Assembly: GCA_032718475.1 (NCBI GenBank) | Contig: JAUCBJ010008523.1 | Location: forward strand, 1 to 64,000 | DNA length: 64,000 bases | Direction: 5' to 3' | Source: Nemertoderma westbladi | Taxonomy: Eukaryota; Animalia; Xenacoelomorpha | Shown: one piece after another, positions 19,451-33,400 of the stretch | Layout of the letters: every line of letters begins with the position of its first letter | Numbering within the stretch: position 1 is the first letter of the stretch | Notes under the pieces: model-generated | What the model was told of the DNA's origin: nothing | Seen by the model: only the letters and a program-made list of their open reading frames with translations | Databases searched by the model: none | Translations under genes and position numbers: made by a program

Positions 19451-22400
19451 GGGGTTTGGGGGCGATAGCCCCCAAGAAAAGAAGTGGGAAGTGGGGGTGT
19501 TGGGGACGATAGCCCCCAAGAAAAGAAGTGGGGGTGTTGGGGACGATAGCCCCCAAGAAAAGAAGTGGGGGTGTTGGCGACAATAGCCCCCAAAAAAAGA
19601 AGTGGGGGTGTTGGGGACGATAGCCCCCAAGAAAAGAAGTGGGGGTGTTGGGGACGATATCCCCCAAGAAAAGAAGTGGGGGTGTTGGGGACGATAGCCC
19701 CCAAGAAATGAAGTGGGGGTGTTGGGGACGATAGCCCCCAAGAAAAGAAGTGGGGGTGTTGGGGACGATAGCCCCCAAGAAAAGAAGTGGGGGTGTTGGC
19801 GACGATAGCCCCCAAGAAAAGAAGTGGGGGTGTTGGGGACGATAGCCCCCAAGAAAAGAAGTGGGGGTGTTGGGGACGATATCCCCTAAGAAAAGAAGTG
19901 GGGGTGTTGGGGACGATAGCCCCCAAGAAAAGAAGTGGGGGTGTTGGGGACGATAGCCCCCAAGAAAAGAAGTGGGGGTGTTGGCGACGATAGCCCCCAA
20001 GAAAAGAAGTGGGGGTGTTGGGGACGATAGCCCCCAAGAAGAAGAAGTGGGGGTGTTGGGGACGATAGCCCCCAAGAAAAGAAGTGGGGGTGTTGGGGAC
20101 GATAGCCCCCAAGAAAAGAAGTGGGGGTGTTGGGGACGATATCCCCCAAGAAAAGAAGTGGGGGTGTTGGGGACGATAGCCCCCAAGAAAAGAAGTGGGG
20201 GTGTTGGGGACGATAGCCCACAAGAAAAGAAGTGGGGGTGTTGGCGACGATAGCCCCCAAGAAAAGAAGTGGGGGTGTTGGGGACGATAGCCCCCAAGAA
20301 AAGAAGTGGGGGTGTTGGGGACGATAGCCCCCAAGAAATGAAGTGGGGGTGTTGGGGACGATAGCCCCCAAGAAAAGAAGTGGGGGTGTTGGGGACGATA
20401 GCCCCCAAGAAAAGAAGTGGGGGTGTTGGCGACGATAGCCCCCAAGAAAAGAAGTGGGGGTGTTGGGGACGATAGCCCCCAAGAAAAGAAGTGGGGGTGT
20501 TGGGGACGATTGCCCCCAAGAAAAGAAGTGGGGGTGTTGGGGACGATAGCCCCCAAGAAATGAAGTGGGGGTGTTGGGGACGATAGCCCCCAAGAAAAGA
20601 AGTGGGGGTGTTGGGGACGATAGCCCCCAAGAAAAGAAGTGGGGGTGTTGGGGACGATAGCCCCCAAGAAAAGAAGTGGGGGTGTTGGGGACGATAGCCC
20701 CCAAGAAAAGAAGTGGGGGTGTTGGGGACGATATCCCCCAAGAAAAGAAGTGGTGGTGTTGGGGACGATATCCCCCAAGAAAAGAAGTGGGGGTGTTGGG
20801 GACGATAGCCCCCAAGAAATGAAGTGGGGTGTTGGGGACGATAGCCCCCAAGAAAAGAAGTGGGTGTGTTGGGGACAATAACCCCCAAGAAAAGAAGTGG
20901 GGGTGTTGGCGACGATAGCCCCCAAGAAAAGAAGTGGGGGTGTTTGGGACGATAGCCCCCAAGAAAAGAAGTGGGGGTGTTGGGGACGATAGCCCCCAAG
21001 AAAAGAAGTGGGGGTGTTGGGGACGATAGCCCCCAAGAAAAGAAGTGGGGGTGTTGGGGACGATAGCCCACAAGAAAAGAAGTGGGGGTGTTGGGGACGA
21101 TAGCCCCCAAGAAAAGAAGTGGGGGTGTTGGGGACGATAGCCCCCAAGAAAAGAAGTGGGGGTGTTGGGGACGATAGCCCCCAAGAAAAGAAGTGGGGGT
21201 GTTGGGGACGATATCCCCCAAGAAAAGAAGTGGGGGTGTTGGGGACGATAGCCCCCAAGAAAAGAAGTGGGGGTGTTGGGGACGATAGCCCACAAGAAAA
21301 GAAGTGGGGGTGTTGGGGACGATAGCCCCCAAGAAAATAAGTGGGGGTGTTGGGGACGATAGCCCACAAGAAAAGAAGTGGGGGTGTTGGGGACGATAGC
21401 CCCCAAGAAAAGAAGTGGGGGTGTTGGGGACGATATCCCCCAAGAAAAGAAGTGGGAGTGTTGGGGACGATAGCCCCCGAGAAAAGAAGTGGGGGTGTTG
21501 GGGACGATAGCCCACAAGAAAAGAAGTGGGGGTGTTGGGAACGATAGCCCCCAAGAAAAGAAGTGGGGGTGTTGGGGACGATAGCCCCCAAGAAAAGAAG
21601 TGGGGGTGTTGGGGACGATAGCCCCCAAGAAAAGAAGTGGGGGTGTTGGGGACGATAGCCCCCAAGAAAAGAAGTGGGGGTGTTGGGGACGATAGCCCCC
21701 AAGAAAAGAAGTGGGGGTGTTGGGGACGATAGCCCCCAAGAAAAGAAGTGGGGGTGTTGGGGACGATAGCCCCCAAGAAAAGAAGTGGGGGTGTTGGGGA
21801 CGATAGCCCCCAAGAAAAGAAGTGGGGGTGTTGGCGACGATAGCCCCCAAGAAAAGAAGTGGGGGTGTTGGGGACGATAGCCCCCAAGAAAAGAAGTGGG
21901 GGTGTTGGCGACGATAGCCCCCAAGAAAAGAAGTGGGGGTGTTGGGGACGATATCCCCCAAGAAAAGAAGTGGGGGTGTTGGGGACGATAGCCCCCAAGA
22001 AATGAAGTGGGGTGTTGGGGACGATAGCCCCCAAGAAAAGAAGTGGGTGTGTTGGGGACAATAACCCCCAAGAAAAGAAGTGGGGGTGTTGGCGACGATA
22101 GCCCCCAAGAAAAGAAGTGGGGGTGTTTGGGACGATAGCCCCCAAGAAAAGAAGTGGGGGTGTTTGGGACGATAGCCCCCAAGAAAAGAAGTGGGGGTGT
22201 TGGGGACGATAGCCCCCAAGAAAAGAAGTGGGTGTGTTGGGGACGATAGCCCACAAGAAAAGAAGTGGAGGTGTTGGGGACGATAGCCCCCAAGAAAATA
22301 AGTGGGGGTGTTGGGGACGATATCCCCCAAGAAAAGAAGTGGGGGTGTTGGGGACGATAGCCCCCAAGAAAAGAAGTGGGGGTGTTGGGGACGATAGCCC

Positions 22401-25400
22401 ACAAGAAAAGAAGTGGGGGTGTTGGGGACGATAGCCCCCAAGAAAATAAGTGGGGGTGTTGGGGACGATAGCCCACAAGAAAAGAAGTGGGGGTGTTGGG
22501 GACGATAGCCCCCAAGAAAAGAAGTGGGGGTGTTGGGGACGATATCCCCCAAGAAAAGAAGTGGGAGTGTTGGGGACGATAGCCCCCGAGAAAAGAAGTG
22601 GGGGTGTAGGGGACGATAGAGCACAAGAAAAGAAGTGGGGGTGTTGGGAACGATAGCCCCCAAGAAAAGAAGTGGGGGTGTTGGGGACGATAGCCCCCAA
22701 GAAAAGAAGTGGGGGTGTTGGGGACGATAGCCCCCAAGAAAAGAAGTGGAGTGTTGGGGACGATAGCCCCCAAGAAAAGAAGTGGGGGTGTTGGGAACGA
22801 TAGCCCCCAAGAAAAGAAGTGGGGGTGTTGGGGACGATAGCCCCCAAGAAAAGAAGTGGGAGTGTTGGGGACGATAGCCCCCAAGAAAAGAAGTGGGGGT
22901 GTTGGGAACGATAGCCCCCAAGAAAAGAAGTGGGGGTGTTGGGGACGATAGCCCCCAAGAAAAGAAGTGGGGGTGTTGGGGACGATATCCCCCAAGAAAA
23001 GAAGTGGGGGTGTTGGGGACGATAGCCCCCAAGAAATGGAGTGGGGGTGTTGGGGACGATAGCCCCCAAGAAAAGAAGTGGGGGTGTTGGCGACGATAGC
23101 CCCCAAGAAAAGAAGTGGGGGTGTTGGGGACGATAGCCCCCAAGAAAAGAAGTTGGGGTGTTGGGGACAATATCCCCCAAGAAAAGAAGTAGGGGTATTG
23201 GGGACGATAGCCCCCATGAAAAGAAGTGGGGGTGTTGGGGACGATATCCCCTAAGAAAATAAGTGGGGGTGTTGGGGACGATAGCCCCCAAGAAAATAAG
23301 TGGGGGTGTTGGGGACGATAGCCCACAAAAAATAAGTGGGGGTGTTGGGGACAATAGCCCCCAAGAAAAGAAGTGGGGGTGTTGGGGACGATAGCCCCCA
23401 AGAAAAGAAGTGGGGGTGTTGGGGACGATAGCCCCCAAGAAAAGAAGTGGGGGTGTTGGGGACGATAGCCCCCAAGAAAAGAAGTGGGGGTGTTGGGGAC
23501 GATAGCCCACAAGAAAAGAAGTGGGGGTGTTGGGGACGATAGCCCCCAAAAAAAGAAGTGGGGGTGTTGGGGACGATAGGCCCCAAGAAAAGAAGTGGGG
23601 GTGTTGGGGACGATAGCCCCCAAGAAAAGAAGTGGGGGTGTTGGGGACGATAGCCCCCAAGAAAAGAAGTGGGGGTGTTGGCGACGATAGCCCCCAAGAA
23701 AAGAAGTGGGGGTGTTGGGGACGATAGCCCCCAAGAAAAGAAGTGGGGGTGTTGGGGACGATTGCCCCCAAGAAAAGAAGTGGGGGTGTTGGGGACGATA
23801 GCCCCCAAGAAAAGAAGTGGGGGTGTTGGGGACGATAGCCCCCAAGAAAAGAAGTGGGGGTGTTGGGGACGATAGCCCCCAAGAAAAGAAGTGGGGGTGT
23901 TGGGGACGATAGCCCCCAAGAAAAGAAGTAGGGGTGTTGGGGACGATAGCCCCCAAGAAAAGAAGTGGGGGTGTTGGCGACGATAGCCCCCAAGAAAAGA
24001 AGTGGGGGTGTTGGGGACGATAGCCCCCAAGAAAAGAAGTGGGGGTGTTGGGGACGATAGCCCCCAAGAAAAGAAGTGGGGGTGTTGGGGACGATAGCCC
24101 ACAAGAAAAGAAGTGGGGGTGTTGGGGACGATAGCCCCCAAGAAAAGAAGTGGGGGTGTTGGGGACGATAGGCCCCAAGAAAAGAAGTGGGGGTGTTGGG
24201 GACGATAGCCCCCAAGAAAAGAAGTGGGGGTGTTGGGGACGATAGCCCCCAAGAAAAGAAGTGGGGGTGTTGGCGACGATAGCCCCCAAGAAAAGAAGTG
24301 GGGGTGTTGGGGACGATAGCCCCCAAGAAAAGAAGTGGGGGTGTTGGGGACGATTGCCCCCAAGAAAAGAAGTGGGGGTGTTGGGGACGATAGCCCCCAA
24401 GAAAAGAAGTGGGGGTGTTGGGGACGATAGCCCCCAAGAAAAGAAGTGGGGGTGTTGGGGACGATAGCCCCCAAGAAAAGAAGTGGGGGTGTTGGGGACG
24501 ATAGCCCCCAAGAAAAGAAGTAGGGGTGTTGGGGACGTTAGCCCCCAAGAAAAGAAGTGGGGGTGTTGGCGACGATAGCCCCCAAGAAAAGAAGTGGGGG
24601 TGTTGGGGACGATAGCCCCCAAGAAAAGAAGTGGGGGTGTTGGGGACGATAGCCCCCAAGAAAAGAAGTGGGGGTGTTGGCGACGATAGCCCCCAAGAAA
24701 AGAAGTGGGGGTGTTGGGGACGATAGCCCCCAAGAAAAGAAGTGGGGGTGTTGGGGACAATAGCCCCCAAGAAAAGAAGTGGGGGTGTTGGCGACGATAT
24801 CCCCCAAGAAAAGAAGTGGGGGTGTTGGGGACGATAGCCCCCAAGAAAAGAAGTGGGGGTGTTGGGGACGATTGCCCCCAAGAAAAGAAGTGGGGGTGTT
24901 GGGGACGATAGCCCCCAAGAAAAGAAGTGGGGGTGTTGGCGACGATAGCCCCCAAGAAAAGAAGTGGGGGTGTTGGGGACGATATCCCCCAAGAAAAGAA
25001 GTGGGGGTGTTGGGGACGATAGCCCCCAAGAAAAGAAGTGGGGGTGTTGGGGACGATAGCCCCCAAGAAAAGAAGTGGGGTGTTGGGGACGATAGCCCCC
25101 AAGAAAAGAAGTGGGGGTGTTGGGGACGATAGCCCCCAAGAAAAGAAGTGGGGGTGTTGGGGACGATAGCCCCCAAGAAAAGAAGTGGGGGTGTTGGGGA
25201 CGATAGCCCCCAAGAAAATAAGTGGGGGTGTTGGGGACGATAGCCCCCAAGAAAATAAGTGGGGGTGTTGGGGACGATAACCCCCAAGAAAAGAAGAGGG
25301 GGTGTTGGGGACGATAGCCCCCAAGAAAAGAAGTGGGGGTGTTGGGGGGGGGGGGGGACGATAGCCCACAAGAAAAGAAGTGGGGGTGTTGGGGACGATA

Positions 25401-25773
25401 GCCCCCAAGAAAAGAAGTGGGGGTGTTGGGGACGATAGCCCCCAAGAAAAGAAGTGGGGGTGTTGGGGACGATAGCCCCCAAGAAAATAAGTGGGGGTGT
25501 TGGCGACGATATCCCCCAAGAAAAGAAGTGGGGGTATTGGGGAAGATAGCCCCCAAGAAAAGAAGTGGGGGTGTTGGGGACGATTGCCCCCAAGAAAAGA
25601 AGTGGGGGTGTTGGGGACGATAGCCCACAAGAAAAGAAGTGGGGGTGTTGGGGACGATAGCCCCCAAGAAAAGAAGTGGGGGTGTTGGGGACGATAGCCC
25701 CCAAGAAAAGAAGTGGGGGTGTTGGGGACGATAGCCCCCAAGAAAAGAAGTGGGGGTTTTGGGGACGATAGCC
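19451..25773. repeat. 37-bp satellite, array B (~170 copies)
   Basis: Same monomer as array A, with scattered point variants; the first unit has the perfect hairpin TTGGGGGC-GATA-GCCCCCAA. Confidence 0.98.
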
Positions 25774-26260
25774 TTTATGTTATACTGTTACCCTTTACTC
25801 ATAGCCATAGATCATTTTAGGCATATTGATTCTGAAAAAACCGAGAAGACCCTATAATAGTCAATGTGGTCCAGTCTGAATGAATACAAAGGTTTTCTTC
25901 ACATAATGTTAATATTGGTGCTTTAAGGTACTTGTAGCTCATTCACATTTGACTTAAGACATATATATGTGAAGTCATTGCATTTTACTCATAGCCAGAC
26001 ATCTATCATATTAAAGTTATTAATCAAACGGCAAGCCGACTTCAGGGCGCGACAATGCATTTCGTGTACTGACTGAGAAATAAAGGAGTTTCTTTACGCC
26101 CGACTCTATCTGTTTTATTATACAATCCAATTAATTTCTCCCACAAGGGGCATCATCAGGGAAATAAACTAAAAAAACAGAAATACCGCACAAGGTATGT
26201 AAGATGAGGAAGACTTGTAAGTATGGCTTGGAGTATAATATATAAACCTAAAATGGTCAA
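25774..26260. repeat. Dispersed module following the 37-bp satellite, copy B (partial)
   Basis: Matches 16138-16609 and 49037-49520, then diverges after ...AAAATGGTCAA. Confidence 0.93.
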
Positions 26261-27298
26261 AACAAGGCGAAATGCTTCTCTATCTCAAATATGAAATTTT
26301 TAAACACTTTTGTAACGTACTGACTTGGCAATGCACTTAATAAATTAATTGCATTTAAATCTTATATCTCACAACTTTCCATATACATAATGTCCTCAAA
26401 TATTTGGTAATAGACATTATTTTTAGGTATTAGGGAACTTTAAACAAGAAAAGCATAAATTTCTTTCAACATTCTCGAGACGTGAAAGAATGTAGTCTTA
26501 CTTTGCATTGTTAGCAATACGCCATTTTATTCTTTTTATAAAATAAAATTGGCTACTTTTACTAAATTACTTTATTGCTTGATATTGTTGCTTGATCCTG
26601 TAATATAAAAATATGAACCATTTATTACAATACCTTTTAAAACAAATAATATTTTATCCCTTATCATCCATCCCTAAGAAATTTCGTTCTAAAAAACTGC
26701 CTATTTCACCGCCCGTAAATATCCGCTATTTTTATGAAAATATTATGTTGCCTTTGTTTCACCTTCCTTCCATACATGTAGATATGTAGGAATAAAGACC
26801 ATTCTATCTTTATTCGTAAAATTTCGATGCTAAATATCACAAGAACGGATCAAAACACTTTGATAGTTGTATTCCACAGAAAGTTCATAAGCCTAGTTTC
26901 AATTTAGTAATACAAAGGTTTTCTTCACATGATATTATATTGACTTAATGCACACATAAAGGTTGCATACAGAGCTCCGAATGCCAATAAGTGCCCATGT
27001 GAATAATACCAGGTCCTCCAAAGCCAGCTGGCTATGCTTTGCATATATTCTATGCTTAATATGCATTCTAGAATATTGTACTGCCATTCCGTTTGTCTAT
27101 TTTGGAAGCAGGCTGGAAATATATCTCTCACATACATAGTAAAGTTGCAGTTTGTAGACGGATTTATTGTTCACTCCGAATTATTGTAATTAATTTGGTA
27201 AGATCTTACCTAATGGTAAGAAGGTTGCAAGAGTTACTTTTTGCAAACCTGCAAGCATTGTTTATTAACAAAATCCAATGTATCTATATTTTTTCTAG

Positions 27299-27427
27299 TT
27301 TAACGAAGAAATTGACGACATAACGGATAATATTCCGTTGATATTGGGTGGCTCTGCTGCTCCTGATAAGCAACCGATCTGCACAAGCGATCTTGATCTG
27401 CTCGATGAACCCACCGCTGATAAGGAG
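27299..27427 (+). other. Putative 129-nt phase-0 exon, copy 1 of 9 (others start at 29149, 33415, 35529, 39279, 42066, 44089, 45770, 47333)
   Basis: Acceptor TATTTTTTCTAG| and donor |GTAAAT; stop-free FNEEIDDITDNIPLILGGSAAPDKQPICTSDLDLLDEPTADKE; upstream ATG|GTAAGA defines an 83-nt intron. No transcript evidence is available. Confidence 0.5.
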
Positions 27428-27499
27428 GTAAATTTACACACTTATATTATTTTGATAATAAATTTAAATATTTAGTTGATGATTAATTGTGACATTTGT

Positions 27500-30400
27500 T
27501 TGTGTATGTCAGTCACAAAATTATTGCAATTATTAGCAGCTGCCACAACATTTTGGTATTAGTTTGTGGCTGTCACAACATTACAACAATAATTGTTTGT
27601 GACTGTCACAACATTACGACAATAATTGTTTGTGGCTGTCACAACATTACGACAATAATTGTTTGTGGCTGTCACAACATTACTACAATTGTTTGTAGCT
27701 GTCACAAGATTGCGATAATTGTTTTTTGCTTTCACAACATTACGACAATAATTGTTTGTGGCTGTCACAAAATCACTACAATTGTTTGTGGCTGTCACAA
27801 AACTACTACAATTGTTTGTGGCTGTCACAACATTGCGACAATAATTGTTTGTGGCTGTCACAAAATTACTACAATTGTTAGTGGCTGTCACAAAATTACT
27901 ACAATTGTTTGTGGCTGTCACAACATTACGATAATAATTGTTTGTGGCTGTCACAACATTACGACAATAATTGTTTGTGGCTGTAACAACATTACTACAA
28001 TTGTTTGTAGCTGTCACAAGATTGCGATAATTGTTTTTTGCTTTCACAACATTACGACAATAATTGTTTGTGGCTGTAACAACATTACGACAATTGTTTG
28101 TGGCTGTCACAAAATTACGACAATTGTATTGTAGCTGTCACAACATTACGACAATTGTTTGTAGCTATCACAACATTCGGTTTGTAGCTGTCACAACATT
28201 ACGACAATTGTTTGTAGCTATCACAACATTCGGACAATTGTTTGTGGCTGTCACAAAATTACTACAATTGTTTGTGGCTGTCACAACATTACGACAATTG
28301 TTTGTAGTTGTCACTACATTACGACAATTGTTTGTAGCTGTCACAACATTCATACAATTGTTTGTTGCTGTCACAACATTTGTACGATTGTTTGTGGCTG
28401 TCACAACATTACGACAATTGTTTGTAGCTGTCACAGCATTCGTACAATTGTTTGTGGCTGTCACAACATTGCGACAATTGTTTGTAGCTGACACAACATT
28501 ACGACAATTGTTTGTTGCTGTCACAACATTACGACAATTGTTTGTGGCTGTAACAACATTACGACAATTGTTTGTGGCTGTCACAACATTGCGACAATTG
28601 TTTGTAGCTGACACAACATTACGACAATTGTTTGTTGCTGTCACAACATTACGACAATTGTTTGTGGCTGTAACAACTTTGCGACAATTGTTTGTGGCTG
28701 TCACAACATTACGACAATTGTTTGTTGCGACAATTGTTTGTGACTGTCACAACATTACGATATTTTTTGTGGCTGTCATAATATTGCGACAATTGTTTGT
28801 GGCTGTCACAATATTGCGACAATTGTTTTTGGCTGTCAAAACATTACGACAATTGTTTGTGGCTGTCACAACATTCGGACAATTGTTTGTGGCTGTCACA
28901 ACATTGCGACAAATGTTTGTAGCTGTCACAACATTCAGACAATTGTTTGTGGCTGTTACAAAATTACTACAATTGATTGTGGCTGTCACAATATTCCGAA
29001 GTTGTTTGTGACTGTCCCAACACAGTTAGTTTTAGCTGTGAGATTTTGTGTGTGAAACTACCATGGTAAGAGGTTTGCAAGAGTTACTTTTTGCAAACCT
29101 GCAAGCATTGTTTATTAACACAATCCAATGTATCTATATTTTTTCTAGTTTAACGAAGAAATTGACGTCATAACGGGTAATATTCCGTTGATATTGGGTG
29201 GCTCTGCTGCTCCTGATAAGCAACCGATCTACACAAGCGATCTTGATCTGCTCGATGAACCCACCGCTGATAAGGATGTAAATTTACACACTTATATTAT
29301 TTTGATGATAAATTTAAAAGTTTATTTGAAGATTAATTCTAATATTACGGCAATTGTTTGTGGCTGTTACAACATTCCTGCAATTTTTGTGGCTGTCACA
29401 ATATTACGACAATTGTTTGTAGCTGTCACAATATACGACAATTGTTTGTAGCTGTCACAATATTACGACAATTGTTTGTGGCTGTCGCAACATTACGACA
29501 ATTGTTTGTGGCTGTCACAACATTGTGACAATTGATTGTGGCTGTCACAATATTACGACAATTGTTTGTAGCTGTCACAATATTACGACAATTGTTTGTA
29601 GCTGTCACAATATTACGGCAATTGTTTGTGGCTGTTACAACATTCCTGCAATTTTTGTGGCTGTCACAATATTACGACAATTGTTTGTAGCTGTCACAAT
29701 ATACGACAATTGTTTGTAGCTGTCACAATATTACGACAATTGTTTGTGGCTGTCGCAACATTACGACAATTGTTTGTGGCTGTCACAACATTGTGACAAT
29801 TGATTGTGGCTGTCACAATATTACGACAATTGTTTGTAGCTGTCACAATATTACGACAATTGTTTGTAGCTGTCACAATATTACGACAATTGTTTGTAGC
29901 TGTCACAATATTACGACAATTGTTTGTATCTGTCACAATATTACGACAATTGTTTGTGGCTGTCGCAACATTACGACAATTGTTTGTGGCTGTCACAACA
30001 TTGTGACAATTGATTGTGGCTGTCACAATATTACGACAATTCTTTGTGGCTGTCATTACATTGCGTCAATTGTTTGAGGCTGTCACAATATTGCTACAAG
30101 TGTTTGTGGTTGACACAACATTGCGACAATTGTTTGTGGCTGTCACAACATTGTGACAATTGATTGTGGCTGTCAGAATATTGCGACACTTTTTTGTGGC
30201 TATCACAATATTACGACAATTGTTTGTGGCTGTCGCAACATTAGGACAATTGTTTGTGGCTGTCACAACATTCGGACAATTGTTTGTGGCCGTCACAACA
30301 TTACGACAATTGTTTGTGGTTGTCACAACATTACGACAATTGTTTGTGGCTGTCACAACATTCGGACAATTGTTTGTGGCCGTCACAACATTACGACAAT

Positions 30401-33400
30401 TGTTTGTGGCTGTCACAATATTACGAAAATTGTTTGTGGCTGTCGCAAAATTACAACAATTGTTTGTGGCTGTCACAACATTCGGACAATTGTTTGTGGT
30501 CGTCACAACATTACGACAATTGTTTGTGGTTGTCACAACATTACGACAATTTTTTGCGGCTGTCACAACAATCCGGCAATTGTTTGCGGCTGTCACAACA
30601 TTCCGTAAATTGTTTGTAGCTATCACAACAATACGACTATTATTTGTGGCTGTCACACCATTACGACAATTGTTTGTGGCTGTCACAACATTCCGACAAT
30701 TGTTTGCGGCTGTTACAATATTACGACAATTGTGTGTGGCTGTCACAACGTTACGAAAATTGTTTTCTGCAGTCACAATATTCCGACAATTGTTTGCGGC
30801 TGTCACAATATTACGACAATTGTTTGTGGCTGTCAAAACATTACGACAATTGTTTGTGGCTGTCAAAACCGAGCGATAATTGTTTGTGGCTGTCACAACC
30901 TTGCGACAATTGTTTGTGGCTGTCACAGCATTGCGACAATTTTTTGTGGCTATCACAACATTTCGACCATTGTTTGCGGCTGTCACAATATTACGACAAT
31001 TGTTTGTGGCTGTCACAACATTAAGACATTTATTTGTGGCTGTCACAACCTTGCGATAATTGTTTGTGGCTGTCACAACATTGCGACAATTTGTTGTGGC
31101 TGTCACAACATTTCGACAATTTTTTGTAGCTGTCACAACATTCCGGCAATTGTACGCGGCTGTCACAACATTACCACAATTGTTTGTAGCTGTCACAATA
31201 CTGCGACAATTGTTTGTGGCTGTCTTAACATTCCGACAATTGTTTGTAGTTGTCCCGGTTACACGGCAGACTGCTACACTGCAGTTGTTTGTGGCTGATG
31301 CAGAATTCCTCCATTGTTTGTGCGTATCACAAAACTACAACATTTGTTTGTGGCTGTCACAACATTCCGGCATTTGTTTGCAACTGTTACAACATTCTGA
31401 AATTTTTTGGGACTGTCACAACATTACGACAATTTTTGTGGCTGTCACAATATTGCTACAATTGTTTGTGACTGTCACAATATTGCGACAATTGTTTGTG
31501 ACTGTCACACCATTACGACAATTTTTTGTGGCTGTCAAAATATTGCGACAATTGTTTGTGGCTGTCACAATATTGAGACAATTGTTTGTGGCTGTCACAA
31601 CATTACGACAATTGTTTGTGGCAGTCACAACATTACGACAATTGTTTGTGGCTTTCAAAACATTTCGAAAATTGTTTGTAGCTGTCACAACATTGCGACA
31701 ATTGTTTGTGGCTGTCTCAACATTACGAAAATTGTTTGTAGCTGTCACAACATTGCGACAATTGTTTGTGGCTGTCTCAACATTACGAAAATTGTTTGTA
31801 GCTGTCCCGGTTGCACGGCATACTGCAACACAGCAGTTGTTCGTGGCTGATACAGAATTTCTCCATTGTTTGTGCGTATCACAAAACTACGACTATTGTT
31901 TGTGGCTGTCATAACATTCTGACAATTGTTTGCGGCTGTCAAAACATTCTGAAATTGTTTGTGACTGTCACGACATTACGACAAGTTTTTGTGGCTGTCA
32001 CAATATTGCGACAATTGTTTGTGGCTGTCACAATATTGAGACAATTGTTTGTGACTGTCACACCATTACGACAATTTTTTGTGGCTGTCAAAATATTGCG
32101 ACAATTGTTTGTGGCTGTCACAATATTGAGACAATTGTTTGTGGCTGTCACAACATTACGACAATTGTTTGTGGCTTTCAAAACATTTCGAAAATTGTTT
32201 GTAGCTGTCACAACATTGCGACAATTGTTTGTGGCTGTCTCAACATTACGAAAATTGTTTGTAGCTGTCACAACATTGCGACAATTGTTTGTGGCTGTCT
32301 CAACATTACGAAAATTGTTTGTAGCTGTCCCGGTTGCACGGCATACTGCAACACAGCAGTTGTTCGTGGCTGATACAGAATTTCTCCATTGTTTGTGCGT
32401 ATCACAAAACTACGACTATTGTTTGTGGCTGTCATAACATTCTGACAATTGTTTGCGGCTGTCACAACATTCTGAAATTGTTTGTGACTGTCACGACATT
32501 ACGACAAGTTTTTGTGGCTGTCACAATATTGCGACAATTGTTTGTGGCTGTCACAATATTGAGACAATTTTTTGTGGCTGTCACAACATTACGACAATTG
32601 TTTGTGGCTGTCACAACATTACGACAATTGTTTGTGGCTTTTAATACATTACAAAAATTGTTTGCAGCTGTCACAACATTGCGACAATTGTTTGTGGCTG
32701 TCTCAACATTACGAAAATTGTTTGTAGCTGTCCCGGTTGCACGGCATACTGCAACACAGCAGTTGTTTGTGGCTGATACAGAATTTATCCATTGTTTGTG
32801 CGTATCACAAAACTACGACTATTGTTTGTGGTTGTCATAACATTCTGGCAATTGTTTGCGGCTGTCACAACATTCTGAAATTGTTTGTGACTGTCACAAC
32901 ATTACGACAATTATATGTGGCTGTCATAATATTGCGACAATTGGTTGTGGCTGTCACAATATTGCGACAATTGCTTGTGGCTGTCACAACATTACTACAA
33001 TTGTTTGTGGCGTCACAACATTACGACAATTGTTTGTGTCTGTCACAACATTCGGACAATTGTTTGTGGCTGTCACAACATTACGACAATTGTTTGTGGC
33101 TGTTACAACATTGCGACAATTGTTTGTGGCTGTCACAACATTCGGATAATTGTTTGTGGCAGTCCCAACATTGCGACAAATGTTTGTGGCTGTCACAACA
33201 TTCAGACAATTGTTTGTGGCTGTCACAAAATTACTACAATTGATTGTGGCTGTCACAATATTCGGAGAATTTTGTTAGTGTCCCAACACAGATAGTTTTA
33301 GCTGTGAGATTTTGTGTGTGAAACTACCATGGTAAGAGGTTTGCAAGAGTTACTCTTTGCAAACCTGCAAGCATTGTTTATTAACACAATCCAATGTATC

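Noticed and set aside
19415-25773. CRISPR array (37-bp palindromic repeat), or 1200-2000-aa ORFs
   Set aside because: Repeats are head-to-tail with no unique spacers, there are no cas genes, and the context is eukaryotic. The ORFs arise because the minus strand of the monomer lacks stops in all frames.
29066-29150. Helitron 3' end (hairpin followed by CTAG|T) in the spacer
   Set aside because: The hairpin lies ~45 nt upstream of CTAG, farther than typical, and the CTAG fits a splice acceptor after a T-tract. Not fully excluded.
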